Under the pieces are notes generated by a model, which made no database searches, was not told the origin of the DNA, and was given only the letters and a program-made list of their open reading frames with translations. 64,000 nucleotides of DNA from Neophaeotheca triangularis (Eukaryota), in the NCBI GenBank assembly GCA_054600435.1, contig BAAIJX010000048.1, positions 62,001-126,000 on the forward strand, in the 5' to 3' direction. Of the stretch, positions 39,001 to 51,747 are shown in pieces (within the stretch, counting starts at the first letter, position 1; every line of letters begins with the position of its first letter). Both the position numbers and the translations under genes were made by a program.

Positions 39001-39171
39001 TTGAGGAGGCATTTGATGCTGTATCGGATTTTCATGCCCAGGATGTTGATGGCCGTTGCGGTTTTGGTTATTACTGAGGTTGTTGGGCTGGTCGTGGCGC
39101 TTGTCGGGGTTAGGTGGAGTATTCTGAGCGTCGCGGATGTTTTTGGCTGGACTGAGTCGTTTAGTCAGTAG
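36002..39171 (+). CDS. GPI13: GPI ethanolamine phosphate transferase 3 (PIG-O); exons 36002-36120, 36177-39171
   Basis: Motifs GIYLF.SGFLLSRLVL, IDALRYDF, ADPPTTTLQRLKGLTTGSLPT.IDAGSNF, HYLGVDHAGHRYGP, MGDHGMD.KGDHGG, FKTGHQA, RRHLMLY.IF.PR. Many transmembrane helices. Confidence 0.94.
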
Positions 39172-39260
39172 GAAGGGAGGATGGGGGATGGTTGTGTGCA
39201 TGTATCTTCTGTATGGAGGGGTTTGGGTTAGGAGGGGCTCGGTGTTTTGGATGGAAAGCA

Positions 39261-39275
39261 GGGGGGGGGGGGGGG
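39261..39275 (+). repeat. G15 homopolymer in the GPI13 3' region
   Basis: Directly visible. Confidence 0.9.
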
Positions 39276-39632
39276 CTTCGTTTTATAGCGTTTTGTATAG
39301 ACTTGGAGGTGTAGAATGAAGCTGTTGTAACGCTTAGTTGCAATGCTACATTGATGTATGTACTAGCAAGGGTTTTGTATTCAGTAAAAAGGTTTATGAG
39401 TAGGTATCATCTAAGCGATTAAGGTAGTTATCGAGTATCTATGTAATTTAACCTATATCTTTTGTCACATGTCAGCACAACCATTATATAGGTGCTGCAG
39501 TCTTGGCAAAGCCAATGCCTCTAGCTCCAGCCTCGTGGCTTGAAACTCTATCCAGCAGCATGATCATCCAAATCAAATCGAATCAAACTCCTCATTTCCA
39601 CTGTCCCGCCCACTCAATCACCGCATGGCACA

Positions 39633-41915
39633 ATGACAACAACACAGCTCGACGCCCGCGACCTCAAGAGCTGGGAAGATGCCTTCCAGCACCCGCTGCC
39701 CGTGGTGCGGAAACTGGAACTCCAACTCCGCCGCAACATCGACGCCAACCGCGAACAGCTGCGCTCGGTCGTGGGAAGCAGCTACCGCGAGCTCCTCGGC
39801 ACGGCCGACCGCATCATCGAAATGGACGGCCAGATGACTCGCGTCGAGAGCTTGCTCGCGGATATGGGGCGCAAGTGTAACACGCGAGCGGTCGAGGGGG
39901 TTGGGGCTGGGAGCGCGAGGTTCAGGGCTGAGGAGCTGAGGCGGTTGGAAGAGGGGATGGGGCTCGGGGTGAAGGCGCGGGTCAGGGTTGTTTTGGGTGT
40001 TCTGGGGGTCGTCGGGAGGGTTGTCAAGAGGGGCCGGGATCCGCTGGTTGCGGCCAAGGTGCTTGTGTTGGGGAGGCTGGTTTTGCGCAGTCTGGGCGAG
40101 GAGGAGCGGCCGCCGGGGGTTTTGGGGGAGTTGAAGCGAAGGTTTGTCGGGTTGAGGAGACGGTTGTTGGGGTTTGTGGAGAGGGTTTTGGTGGCTAAGA
40201 GGAAGGATGGCGCGGAAGGGGGGTTGGTTAATACGCTTTGTGCGTATGCGTTGGTTACGAGCTCGGGTACCAAGGATGTTATGAGGCATTTCTTGCAAGT
40301 TCGGTTTCAGTTGCTGGAAGGCAAGGCTGAGGAGCCTGGGGAAGAGGAGGTCATGGAGATGTTGGAGGTGTACGCTCGGACGCTGTTGGATGTTCGCGAG
40401 CTGTTCCCTCGACGCCTCGCGGCTGCGTTGACGGAACTGTCACGGCAGCCTCTGCTGAAGGATGAGCAAGTTCGTGGGATTTTTGAGCTCAATTTGGATC
40501 TCTACGAGCAGTGGGTTACGGAGGACGTTCGAACTTTTACGCCGTATGCACGGCAGGATGGGCTCAATAGCAGTGATGCTGCTGAAGGTCTACGAGCGTG
40601 GGCTGGACAGGTGCAAGAGCAGATTGTCACTGCCGCTCGAGGGTGCTTGGAAGGGCAGACGAGCGCAGAGACTGTCCTCCGTATCCGACACGAGATGTTG
40701 TCGACGAGCTTGTCTTTGAGCAGCAGACTAAAAGACGGCTCACATATGCGCTTCATTGAAAATTTGCGGGAAATTCTGCTTGACAGGCTACGCAGTCTCG
40801 CAAGAGAGCTTGTCGGAGCCATCGACATACCTCTTGAGCAGTTGAGCGCCACTGCGAGTACTGGATTGCTTTCCACTACACCGTGGAACTTGGCGACTAA
40901 CGACATTGACCTTCAAAATGGTGCCACTGCATTCCGTCAAACGATTGTACATAATCACTTCGGCCAAGATGAAATCCTTCTCAAGTCTTGCGAAGCGCTA
41001 GATGCATGGATGTTGAAATTAGACAGCCTCTCGGCGATCACCAAAGAGATGCGCGCGACACGCTGGGACGACGAGCTCGACCTTGACTTTGACGACCTCG
41101 AAGGCGAAACCTCGTTGCAAGAGACGTTGAGCAAAAAGGACCCTGCTATGCTAGCAGATGCGCTTCGCATTCACGCTCAAGCGGCTTTGAAAACCGCTTA
41201 CCAAGACATGCAAACTCGTGACAATGCTGCAGCGCACTCTACTAGCTTGATACGACTCCACCGCGAACTAGATCAACGCCAGCGAACCCTTGGCGACTGG
41301 CTTGAGACACCCAGAATTGCGACCGATGCTGCTTTCTTGCAATCTTTGCACCAAAATCTCGCTCAAAACGTCTGTGAGGAGCCATTGAAACGATTCGCTC
41401 GCTCTTCGGGCAAGCGAAAACACGTTTCAACTGCCCTGTGGGATGGCATTCCGCCCCTGCCTGTTCAGCCGTCTCCCACCGGCATTCGATTCCTCACCGA
41501 GCTTCATGGAGCAATGGCCAAGGCTGGTAACGACGTATGGAGCCCCGGGGCCGTGACTGCTTTACAGAACGAGGTTACTGAGAGGCTGCTCGAGGTGTCC
41601 AAACGCCAAATAACAGATCTAAGACCTCAAGACCCCAACGACGAAGCCGGCGAGGACGGCAACGCCAATGCTAGGCCGACTGGAAAAGCGAAGAACAGAG
41701 CTTTGCAAGCTTTGTTCGATGCTCTCTTCCTGTTCCGGGCTTGCGGTAAGGCTGTTGAAGGCAGAGGGAGCCAGGAACTGGATTCCATGGCTGTGTCGTT
41801 CAGGCGCGATAATTTTCTGAGTGATGAAGGAATTGCGAGACTACGGAAGAGCGCTAATGATTACTGGAAGCGGACATATTTGCTTTTTGGACTGTTGGCG
41901 CCTCGTGCTTCCTAG
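39633..41915 (+). CDS. COG1: Vps51/Vps67-domain tethering subunit, probably conserved oligomeric Golgi complex subunit 1
   Basis: N-terminal LRSVVGSSYRELLGTAD.I..MD is the Vps51/Cog1 signature. LW.G.PPLPVQPSP and YWKRTYLLFGLL fit fungal Cog1-like proteins. Single exon. Confidence 0.75.
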   Translation: MTTTQLDARDLKSWEDAFQHPLPVVRKLELQLRRNIDANREQLRSVVGSSYRELLGTADRIIEMDGQMTRVESLLADMGRKCNTRAVEGVGAGSARFRAEELRRLEEGMGLGVKARVRVVLGVLGVVGRVVKRGRDPLVAAKVLVLGRLVLRSLGEEERPPGVLGELKRRFVGLRRRLLGFVERVLVAKRKDGAEGGLVNTLCAYALVTSSGTKDVMRHFLQVRFQLLEGKAEEPGEEEVMEMLEVYARTLLDVRELFPRRLAAALTELSRQPLLKDEQVRGIFELNLDLYEQWVTEDVRTFTPYARQDGLNSSDAAEGLRAWAGQVQEQIVTAARGCLEGQTSAETVLRIRHEMLSTSLSLSSRLKDGSHMRFIENLREILLDRLRSLARELVGAIDIPLEQLSATASTGLLSTTPWNLATNDIDLQNGATAFRQTIVHNHFGQDEILLKSCEALDAWMLKLDSLSAITKEMRATRWDDELDLDFDDLEGETSLQETLSKKDPAMLADALRIHAQAALKTAYQDMQTRDNAAAHSTSLIRLHRELDQRQRTLGDWLETPRIATDAAFLQSLHQNLAQNVCEEPLKRFARSSGKRKHVSTALWDGIPPLPVQPSPTGIRFLTELHGAMAKAGNDVWSPGAVTALQNEVTERLLEVSKRQITDLRPQDPNDEAGEDGNANARPTGKAKNRALQALFDALFLFRACGKAVEGRGSQELDSMAVSFRRDNFLSDEGIARLRKSANDYWKRTYLLFGLLAPRAS

Positions 41916-43843
41916 GCCAGCTGGGCCTGAAGTGGTGTGGGCGAGCTTTGTTATAGTCGTATTGGCGTCTGTGGACTGGGAACTGGACGGCGGCGACATG
42001 CGCATGCGCGTAGGCCACTGAGATTCGTGTCCTTATCCGCGAGGCGAGTAGCATGGACCGAAACGATATTCGCGGCGTCCATTGTGGTCGCATCCACGCT
42101 CGGATAGCGAAGGTTGCCTCCACCACCTCCACATGTTGCAAGAGCCGCATTGAATCTGTAATGGAACGCTTACAAACTTTCTACTCGGACGAATCCCACG
42201 AGATGCCCGCACTCTCGGCTCCACGTTAGTGGATGACACCTACTCCGGTATCTTTCTCCCTACGTGCTACTACTATTCTGGCAGCTGCCGAAGTGGTACG
42301 CCACTTGGCAAGCGACCAGAGTCCCATGGCTACCGTCGCTTTAGCTGATCCACCCTAAATGCCGCCACCACCTACGAAACCCGATGACACTGGCTTTACA
42401 TACCCGGTCAGCTGGGCTTGTAGGCCGACATAGGCTAAGAAGCCATTTCGTTAGGAGAGTCTCGGGCAATGCCTTAAGTGGATCACTAGAAGCACCTCAC
42501 CACTTCCCGGTTGCGTGGGCTTGTTCAAGGTGTGTTTGACCCAGCTACCAAAGAGATGGCGACAAGAGCACGCGCCAGCCACGGTGCGTATGACGTGAAG
42601 GCGTCAGGCTGAAGACGACCTTGGCTTTATTAGTCGTTGAAGTCTCCGTGAGAGCGACACGGCGTGCAACCAGAGCCGTACATCTGAGGCTGAAGAAGAT
42701 CGACAGGACGCCATTCGACGTTGCTTCCCGTCGACCAACCAAGCGAAACCAAGGCCTTTTTAGCTTTTCCCCGCGTTTCTTCACACCAGAGCACCGCATG
42801 ACTTACGTTGATCAACTGCTAGTGTCACTTACGACACTGGTGTCGCCTCTAAAAAGCAGGTCGGCAACACAGAACGCCCACTGGTGTCTCAATGTAACAG
42901 TGCTGGTCTGAATCTCGAGCCTGGTGTGGATATACGGGTACCACGCTGAGCCTTACGACACATCTTTCAGTAATGTTCGGCCACTAGCACGTGTCTGGGC
43001 CAGAAGTCCGTGTCCCGACCACCGCGCTTTGAATTGATGAACGAAACGCCATTGATGAACGAAACGCTGGAACGGAAGCTCCAAAGATCGACACGCAAGA
43101 GTAAACACTATTATAGCGTCCTCTCGTTCCCAAGGTGGACGCTGTCCGAACGCCTTTAGCGCTCTACGAAGAGATGCAAGACGAGCAAGCGATATCACTC
43201 GCCGCCATCCCAGAGTACACTCTCGATTAACCTTCTGCAACAGCGACATGCCTACTACTATCCTCGCACTCCGATGGCCTCGACATCGCCAACACATGTT
43301 CACTTCCAAAAGCCATAGGGAATGCTTGTGGAGCTTGGAGCTTCTCGGCGCTTTGTCGACTAGCAAGAGGCTATCAACTATCTCTGCCTAGCGTACTCGG
43401 CACTCTGAATCAATCGTCATGGGTTTGAAACTCGACGCTATCTCTACAGTTAGACCTTCGCTGCGAAGAAGTGGGGGACTACTTCCGGTCTACCCTTGTG
43501 CCTCAAGATCCGGTACAGTCGCATATCGTCCACAACCACCCGACGCCATAGCAGCCCTCCACGATTCGGGCCCTCTTGGTTTACCGACGTCACTGATCGT
43601 GGAGGTTTTGTATCGGTTTGCAGGGCCTTGATTGGGAAGGTATATAAGCAGCTGCTGGACGGTATTAAACCAGAATCACTGTTGTAGATTGCAAAACCAT
43701 TCTTCTTTCTTGCTTCTTCCAAGGGGACATACTCGTTTCTGAATAAGTTGAAGTCGACAGTTCGATGTTAGAAGAATCCCCCTAGTAACGATACCTAAGA
43801 GACCAAGTACCCCTATCAAGTACCGCTTTTCGTTCAACACAGT

Positions 43844-44882
43844 ATGCTCGTCCTGGGCTTCCTTGCAACTCTCTGCCCTTTGACACTCGTCAATGGGTCC
43901 CCAATCGCAAAGCGAGCTCCTTCGGGGCCAGTCATTGAATCCGACTTCCCTGATCCCTCTATCGTCGAGATAGGAGGAACCTGGTACGCCTTTGGCACCC
44001 AGGTAAGCCACCCCTCGCACCTCAGCTTCCCCATCCAATTCTAACCCCCCAAAACAGTCCGTCTATGACCAACCCAACATCAAAATCCAACTCGCCACGT
44101 CCCCCGACTTCACAACCTGGACGCTATCCTCCGGCCACGACGCCCTTCGCACGCTCCCACCCTGGGTCGACAGCTCCAACCCCAAAGTCTGGGCCCCCGA
44201 AGTCATCCAAATCGACGACGGCAGCTTCCTAATGTACTTCAGCGCCACCACCAACGCGGCGGGTAACGGCCGCTACCACTGCGTCGGCACGGCAACCTCG
44301 GACTCCATAGCCGGGCCCTACGATTCCAACACCGACGAACCCTTCGCCTGCCCCACGGCCCAGGGCGGCGCAATCGACGCCGCGAGTTTCAAAGACACCG
44401 ACGGCGCTCGGTACGTCATGTACAAAATCGACGCCGTGGCTTTGGGAAACACTTGCGCGGCTCCCGAGGGGACATCGACGGATATCCTCGTCCAGCGGGT
44501 GGAAGAGGACGGTTTCACGAAACTCGGCGCACCCATGACTATCCTCAGCAACGGCGAGTATGATGGCGGAAACGTGGAAGCGCCCGTTATGACCAAGACC
44601 GAGGACGGGGTGTATGTGCTGTTCTTCTCGAGTAATTGCTACACTTCCGAGGCTTATGATACTTCGTATGCGACGAGTGAGAGCCCGATGGGACCTTTTA
44701 AGAAAACGCAGTTTCCGCTGTTAGTGACGGGGGAAGGGATTTGGGGGCCAGGGGGTGCGTCTGTGGCGATTGGAGGAAGGGAGATGGCTTTTCATGGATA
44801 TGAGTCTGAGGATGCGGTGGGTGGGAGGAGATTTATGTATGTGGCGAGGCCCGCGTATGATGGGGATAGGGTATCGGTTTAG
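43844..44882 (+). CDS. Secreted glycoside hydrolase family 43 (arabinanase/galactofuranosidase-like); exons 43844-44002, 44058-44882
   Basis: Signal peptide plus KR. Motifs FPDPSI (base Asp), VWAPEV, AIDA (pKa-modulating Asp), VEAP (acid Glu), GPGG. Intron GTAAGC..CTAAC..CAG is in frame. Confidence 0.92.
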
Positions 44883-45669
44883 AGGTGTGGGGTTGTGGGT
44901 GTCCTTTGGGTCGTGTTGAGTGTTGGCGTTGCGGGGATTGGCACTTTGATCGTTGGTTAGTCGGAGTCTCAGTCGAGAGTCGGGTGGTACTGAATCACGA
45001 CGCTTTGGCTATCTAAGATGTTCTTCTTACGTTCTTGTGGACTTACGATTGACGACTCACGAGAGAGGCATCTGAGGGTCCCTCGGTGTAGCTTACCTGC
45101 TGCAGCATGCGGTAGGAGGACATAAGAGCGATGAATCGAATTTTTCTCCTCTGAACAAACCTGATCATATCTAGTCACTCATCTTGACCCGATCTTCCCC
45201 CCTGATCTGGCTGGCGATGTTGTCCAATGTTCAATTTCCTATCCCTAGCAGTCATACGGATCAGGCAGATACCTTTAGTGCGTATATGAGTACTTCATGG
45301 ATACAACTACTAACCTGAGCTGCCTCTCCACCTGATCAAACCTGCGCTTTTTAGCAAAGGTAGCACCCACCACCACCACGGGGATATCAGGCACCTCGCC
45401 TCGAATAAAACAAAAACGCCTGTAAATGCTCTTCGCCATCGATACGCCTTTTTTGAATCGTAAGACCGCCAATGAGGGGTATCCCATGTCGAAAGCGCCA
45501 TCGCTGATGCTGTAAGAGTAGTAGAGACACAACGAAAAAAGATGTTCGTCTCTTCGAAATCACCAAACCACCTCCAACCCGACACACCCGTGCCTCGTCA
45601 AATCGTCTTGCGCTCTTTTCGCCGAGAGGTTGTCAATTCCTTCAGACTGAAGGCGCCGCACGGGTTAGA

Positions 45670-47925
45670 CTAATTGTCCAGCGTGGCGTCTTTGCCGTCG
45701 AAATCTCTCAAAGTGGCGATGGTCTCGTCGAGCCTTCCGAGCTGCACCATGAGTCTGGTTTCGGAGTTTTTCCACGACTGATACTGTTCTCGGTCTTTGT
45801 TCCCCACCTTCTGCCCCGTGGCCATTTGATGCTCGACTTTGTCAATAAAGACCCGATGGTTCTCCCTCTCGACCGGGAGCCGTTGGAGGCAGCGCACGAG
45901 GGTCTTGTAAGTCTGCTGCAACACAAATTCTCGCGCCCGGTCCTCATCAAAAGAGTACAAGTAGATTGTTCTCGTGGGCTGGCGTGTTGTGTCTTTGGGA
46001 ATCTCTTGCTCGTGGACCAGACCGGCTGAGATCAGAGAGGCGCAATGAACACGTAAGCTCTTCATACCCACGAAGCAGCGCTCGGACATGCTCTTCTCTT
46101 CCAGCTTGCCGGCGCCGCGCAGCATGCGTATTACGCGAAGACCGATACGACCGAAGCGTGCTTGCACGGTGCTGTCAATTTCAGCGCTAATGAGATGCTG
46201 AGTGAGGCCGTCGAAGTTGATCGTGTAGGTACCTGAGCCGAGCGTGCTGGCGCGGGTGCAAAAGTTCCACGAGTGCTCTGAGAGAATGCCGAGGTGGTGC
46301 TTAATTTGCTCGAGGCGCTCGTGCTTGGTGACAAGTCGTCTCTGTGGTTTCCCATTTGTCTCGGAATCTGCGTCTGCATCATCTTCGTCCAAGGCGCGTT
46401 TACGTCCAGCACCGTTTGCACCGTTAGCACCGTTAGCACCGTTAGTGAGTGATCTCGGGCCTTCGTCTTCGTCAACATCGTCCCCAGTGCCGTTGGTCAG
46501 AGCTTGCTCGTTCTCGTCGTCGGCAAGGTAGACGTCAGGATCGAGCGCCTCTTCAATTTCGTAAAGATTCGCGACCGGTCCAGAGTTAGGGATCCCGTCT
46601 ACATCGTCAGAGAACGACGAGAGTTCATTGCCGACGGTTTTTGTCTGATTGTCAATTACTTCCAGAAGGGCGCGGTATACTGCTCCCGTCTTCTCACCGA
46701 GGAAGCGAAAGGCGAACGATTCGAGGCGCTGAGATCGCAGGGCAATTGTACATTTTGGGAGATCAGAGTGGACCACCATGTCATGCTGGAGGAAACGGCT
46801 GTCAGCAGGCTTCGGAAGAAACTTTGGCTCGGAGTCTTCACTTGCCGGAAGCTGGTTAGATTCCACTTGCTTGACGCTACCGTTTGTGCCGTTGCCATTC
46901 ATCATCTTTTGTCGCTTATTGTTGGATTCCATGGTTGATCCTGAGCGCTTGATCGAACCTCTTGAAGTGGTTTTGGAACCGTCAAAGGCGTCTTCCCGTA
47001 GCAATTTTCGCTTGTGGTCGAGGACTGCCAAGCGGGTGGCATCCCTCTGTTTCGGGGTATTAAGATTGGCGCCCGGGCCGGCCTCCTCATGCCTGGCCTG
47101 TAGAACCTGCTGTTCAATTTCCTCGTTAAGATCGGCACTTGGTGTGAAGTGTCTTGGACGGCTTTTGACAAGGAAACCAGAACCTAGTAAAGTATACATC
47201 GATTCGGTGAAGTGTGCCAGCGAATCGATCTGTTGCTGCTGCTGATCGTCGGTGAGGAATCCGTTGGTAGTATGCGAAGAGTTCCCGTTCCCTGAGTGCT
47301 CATGACTGCCATTTGTAAGCTGACCGCCAGAATGCGTGCTTTGCGTGCTTTTGCGCTCAGCTTCAGTAAACCGCTGCAACATCGACCCTACACTGGCATG
47401 CCCGTGTTTTGCCAAATCAGTCATGATCATACCCGGCCCACTCCCAAAACGACGCTCAACAAGTTCTGCAACCTTGCCCATTCTGACGATGTTGTAAACC
47501 TTTTGCCAATCGACCGCGTAGAAGGTAGGTTTCGTTTCTGCTTCGTCGGCCTGTGTGTGGTGGAGGACGAGGCCTTGTTGGATGAGGGTAGAGAGGCCGT
47601 ATCTGAGGTAGGGCCTGGGTAGGCGGCTCTCGACCATGAGGTTGCGAAAGTGGAGACGGCCATAGCCGGCGAGGACTTGGAAGATGTGCTGCGCAAACAA
47701 TCAGATAAATGCGCAAGAATTGAGAAAAGCCCTGAATACGTACAGTGGAGAGGCTGCCATGGCTATCGTCGAGCTCGAGGGCACAGATTTGGGAGAGGTG
47801 CTGGAAAGGCAAATTAGAAGTGTTCCAATCACGTTGGCATTGGTGGTGGTGGTGGTGGTGGTGAAGCCGTGGAATGCGGTAGCGGGGTGGGATGATGGGA
47901 TCAAGTGAGTACTCACTTCTGCCAT
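45670..47925 (-). CDS. RPC82: RNA polymerase III subunit RPC3/C82; exons 47925-47917, 47800-47744, 47688-46846, 46785-45670
   Basis: Spliced N-terminus MAEHLSQICALELDDSHGSLSTHIFQVLAGYGRL..LIQQGLV. C-terminal winged-helix region RFG..GLRVIRML...GKLEEK..QEIPKD..RQPTRTIYLY. The third intron (GC-AG) is less certain. Confidence 0.9.
47841..47863 (+). repeat. (TGG)7 microsatellite in RPC82 intron 1
   Basis: Directly visible. Confidence 0.85.
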
Positions 47926-48350
47926 TTCGCAAGAAACTGTAGAGACCTCTCACGTCGTCTACAGTTAGTGGGTTGAATTATCGCCGGCGTTTACGCATGG
48001 ATGTCGCGAGCCATGCAGCGGGAGAGGACGTAAGGCGGGCTAAAGGTGAAGGAGAGCAAAAGTAGTAGCAGAGAGAGTCCCAAAGGTCCAGTTCTGATCG
48101 ACAACTCGAAAAAGTCACGAGCTTCGCCGGTGGAAGAAGCCCGAGAGGCAGCCCCTCATGGTTTACTTTCCTGACTGTTGATTGGCTGGACTTCTACCCT
48201 GACCCTACCAGTCTTGGCATCTGTAAGAAGCTCGATTGTGCTGACTGCAGTCCGCGACACTGCTTGCTATCGCCTCGCCCCATTGACTGACCCTTCCCCG
48301 ACCGACCACCCACTACCACCCCCTCCGCTTCCCGGAGTCTTGTCGACAGC

Positions 48351-49859
48351 ATGCTCTCACGTTCCGCCATTGGCCGCCAGGCCCAGCGTTCCCTCCGCCA
48401 TGTCTCCCAGCAGCCTGCCAACCGCAGGGGCATGGCCGCTCCCGCTTCCGGCTCCTACATGTACCAGACCGGCGAGTCCAATGGCATCAAGATAGCCAGC
48501 AGAGACATCCCCGGGCCTGTTGGCACTCTTGCCATTGTCAGCAAGGCTGGTACGAGGTACGAGCCCATGCCCGGGCTTACTGAGGGTCTGGAGAAATACG
48601 CCTTCAAGGTATGGTCATAAAAGCGCAAGGGATCCCGTGAGGTCAAGAGACTCGGCATACTGAGCAACTGTTGCGTTGATAGGGCACCCAAAGGCGCTCG
48701 GCACTCAGGATACAGCGCGAAAGCGAACTTTTGGGCTCCGACATCACCTCTCACCACACCCGCGAAAACCTCGTCATTGGGGCCAAGTTCCTCCGCGATG
48801 ACCTGCCATACTTTGTTGAGCTGCTCGCAGAGGTGGCTCAAATGACCAAGTACCAACGTGCGTCACAAATAAGAAGAGGAAGAAGGTGCCAATTATATAT
48901 ACTAACACTCGAGGCTAGCGCACGTCTTCCACGAAGAGATCGTTCCGCAACTGCAGATTGCCCAGAAAGAGATGCTCAAGCACACTGACCAAATGGCAAT
49001 CAACAATGCACACGGTCTCGCTTTCCACCGTGGTCTCGGCGCACCCCTCCACATGTTCTCTTCCAGCCCCTACACCAAATACCTCGACGCCGACAGCATC
49101 GCCGAATACGCCGCCTCGGCCTACTCCAAGCCCATGTTCAGCGTTGTCGCCAACGGTGCCGAGCAGAGCGAACTCTCCAAGTGGGTCGGCGAGTTCTTCA
49201 CCGAAACACCATCTGCCCCGGCGCAAACATTGTCCGCCGAACAGAGCAAGTACTTCGGTGGTGAAGAGCGCATCGCCCACGGCGGTGGCAATACCATGGT
49301 CATCGGCTTCCCCGGCTCCAGCACCGTGACCGGCAAGTTTTACAAGCCCGAGGTCTCTGTGCTCGCCGCTCTCTTGGGTGGACAGAGCAGCATCAAGTGG
49401 TCTCGCGGTTTCTCGCTTCTCTCCAACGCCGCAAAGGACTACCCCAACTTGCACGTCGAGACCAAGTCAAACATCTACTCCGACGCTGGTCTGCTCACTG
49501 TCATGCTGCACGGTTCCGCTTCAGACGTCAGCGCCGCCGCTAAGCCCATCGTCGACACGATCAGGAGCGTCGCCGATGGTATCTCGGACGAGTTGTTCCA
49601 AAAGGCCAAGGCTTTCGCGAAGTTCAGGGAGCTCGAGTTCGGCCAGAACACAAGAGCCGGTATGGAACTGACTGGCTTGGGCCTTGTGCAAGGTGGCAAT
49701 GCTTACCAGATCGATGAAGTGGCCAAGAGTGTTGACGGTGTGACTGCGGAGAAGGTGCAGCAGGCGGCCAAGGAGATGCTCGAGGGCAAGGCGTCTGTCT
49801 CGACAGTTGGTGACCTGTACATGCTGCCGTACGCGGAGGAGGTTGGATTGAAGGTGTAA
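48351..49859 (+). CDS. QCR2: Cytochrome bc1 complex core subunit 2 (peptidase M16-like); exons 48351-48608, 48683-48857, 48919-49859
   Basis: Arg-rich mitochondrial presequence. Motifs KAGTRYE, LEKYAFK..RSALRI.RESELLG, FLRDDLPYF, LLGGQSSIKWS, YSDAGL, VGDL..LPYAEE.GL. Confidence 0.94.
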
Positions 49860-50235
49860 ATACTCGGCAATGGAATAGATTAGGGTTTGCTTTGCTTTGT
49901 AAAATGGTCTGTAGTGTACCATCAGAGATTCTTCCAGCGTCTTTCAGTTCTACACTCTTGTCTCGCAGTAACGTATCATCATACCCGTAGCCAGCTCATG
50001 CATCACTTTCACTATTGTTATGGGCATCTTGCGGAGGCTCCGGATCAAGGGAGTGTTGCAGCCGGACGTAAGGACTTGGCAACGGAACAAGGACGAGCGA
50101 GCCCGAGCTCGGTCAACAGCAGCAGCCACCTACGAGCCAACTTGTTGCCATTGAAGCTCCCATTTTCCAGCTCGCCGTGTCGCATTATTTTCCACCTCGC
50201 AGCAATCCCCAGTCGCCGCCATCCCCTCGACCTAA

Positions 50236-51301
<1,066 letters not shown>

Positions 51302-51747
51302 GAGGCATCTGTGCTTTCGGATATCCCTACGGCGGTCCCTGTGGTCATAGAGCTCTTTCAATGAGGCGGAGGTACTCGCAAAGCGACGGTGTGTATATGA
51401 AAAGCAAACCTGATTCGCTGGCGAGATAACGTGTAGTATAAGTTGCTTTGCCGTTGTATCACAGTGGTAGCGATAGCACCTAAAGCTGTTTTATCTCAAA
51501 ATCGCCTCCGACGCGATGCGACTGCTCTTTCCGTCCAGAAAGGAAGTGATCTTTCCGGCTTGCAGTGCACCTTCCAAAACGATGGAAGGCGTCAGGTGCT
51601 CTCAACGTGAATCACCGACGTTCGCAAGGCGCCACGCTCGTTTCTTCCCTAACTACCTAGGTACTCCCTGTGTTTCTGACGGCTACAGGCACCTTGTTCA
51701 CTGCTACTGCTGGCGTCACTCGCTTCCTACAGCAGTAAACTGATCGA

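Noticed and set aside
47701..47703. In-frame TGA between the 74-aa ORF and the RPC82 ORF (readthrough or selenocysteine?)
   Set aside because: The TGA is part of the CTGAT branch site of intron 2; a normal spliced model explains it.
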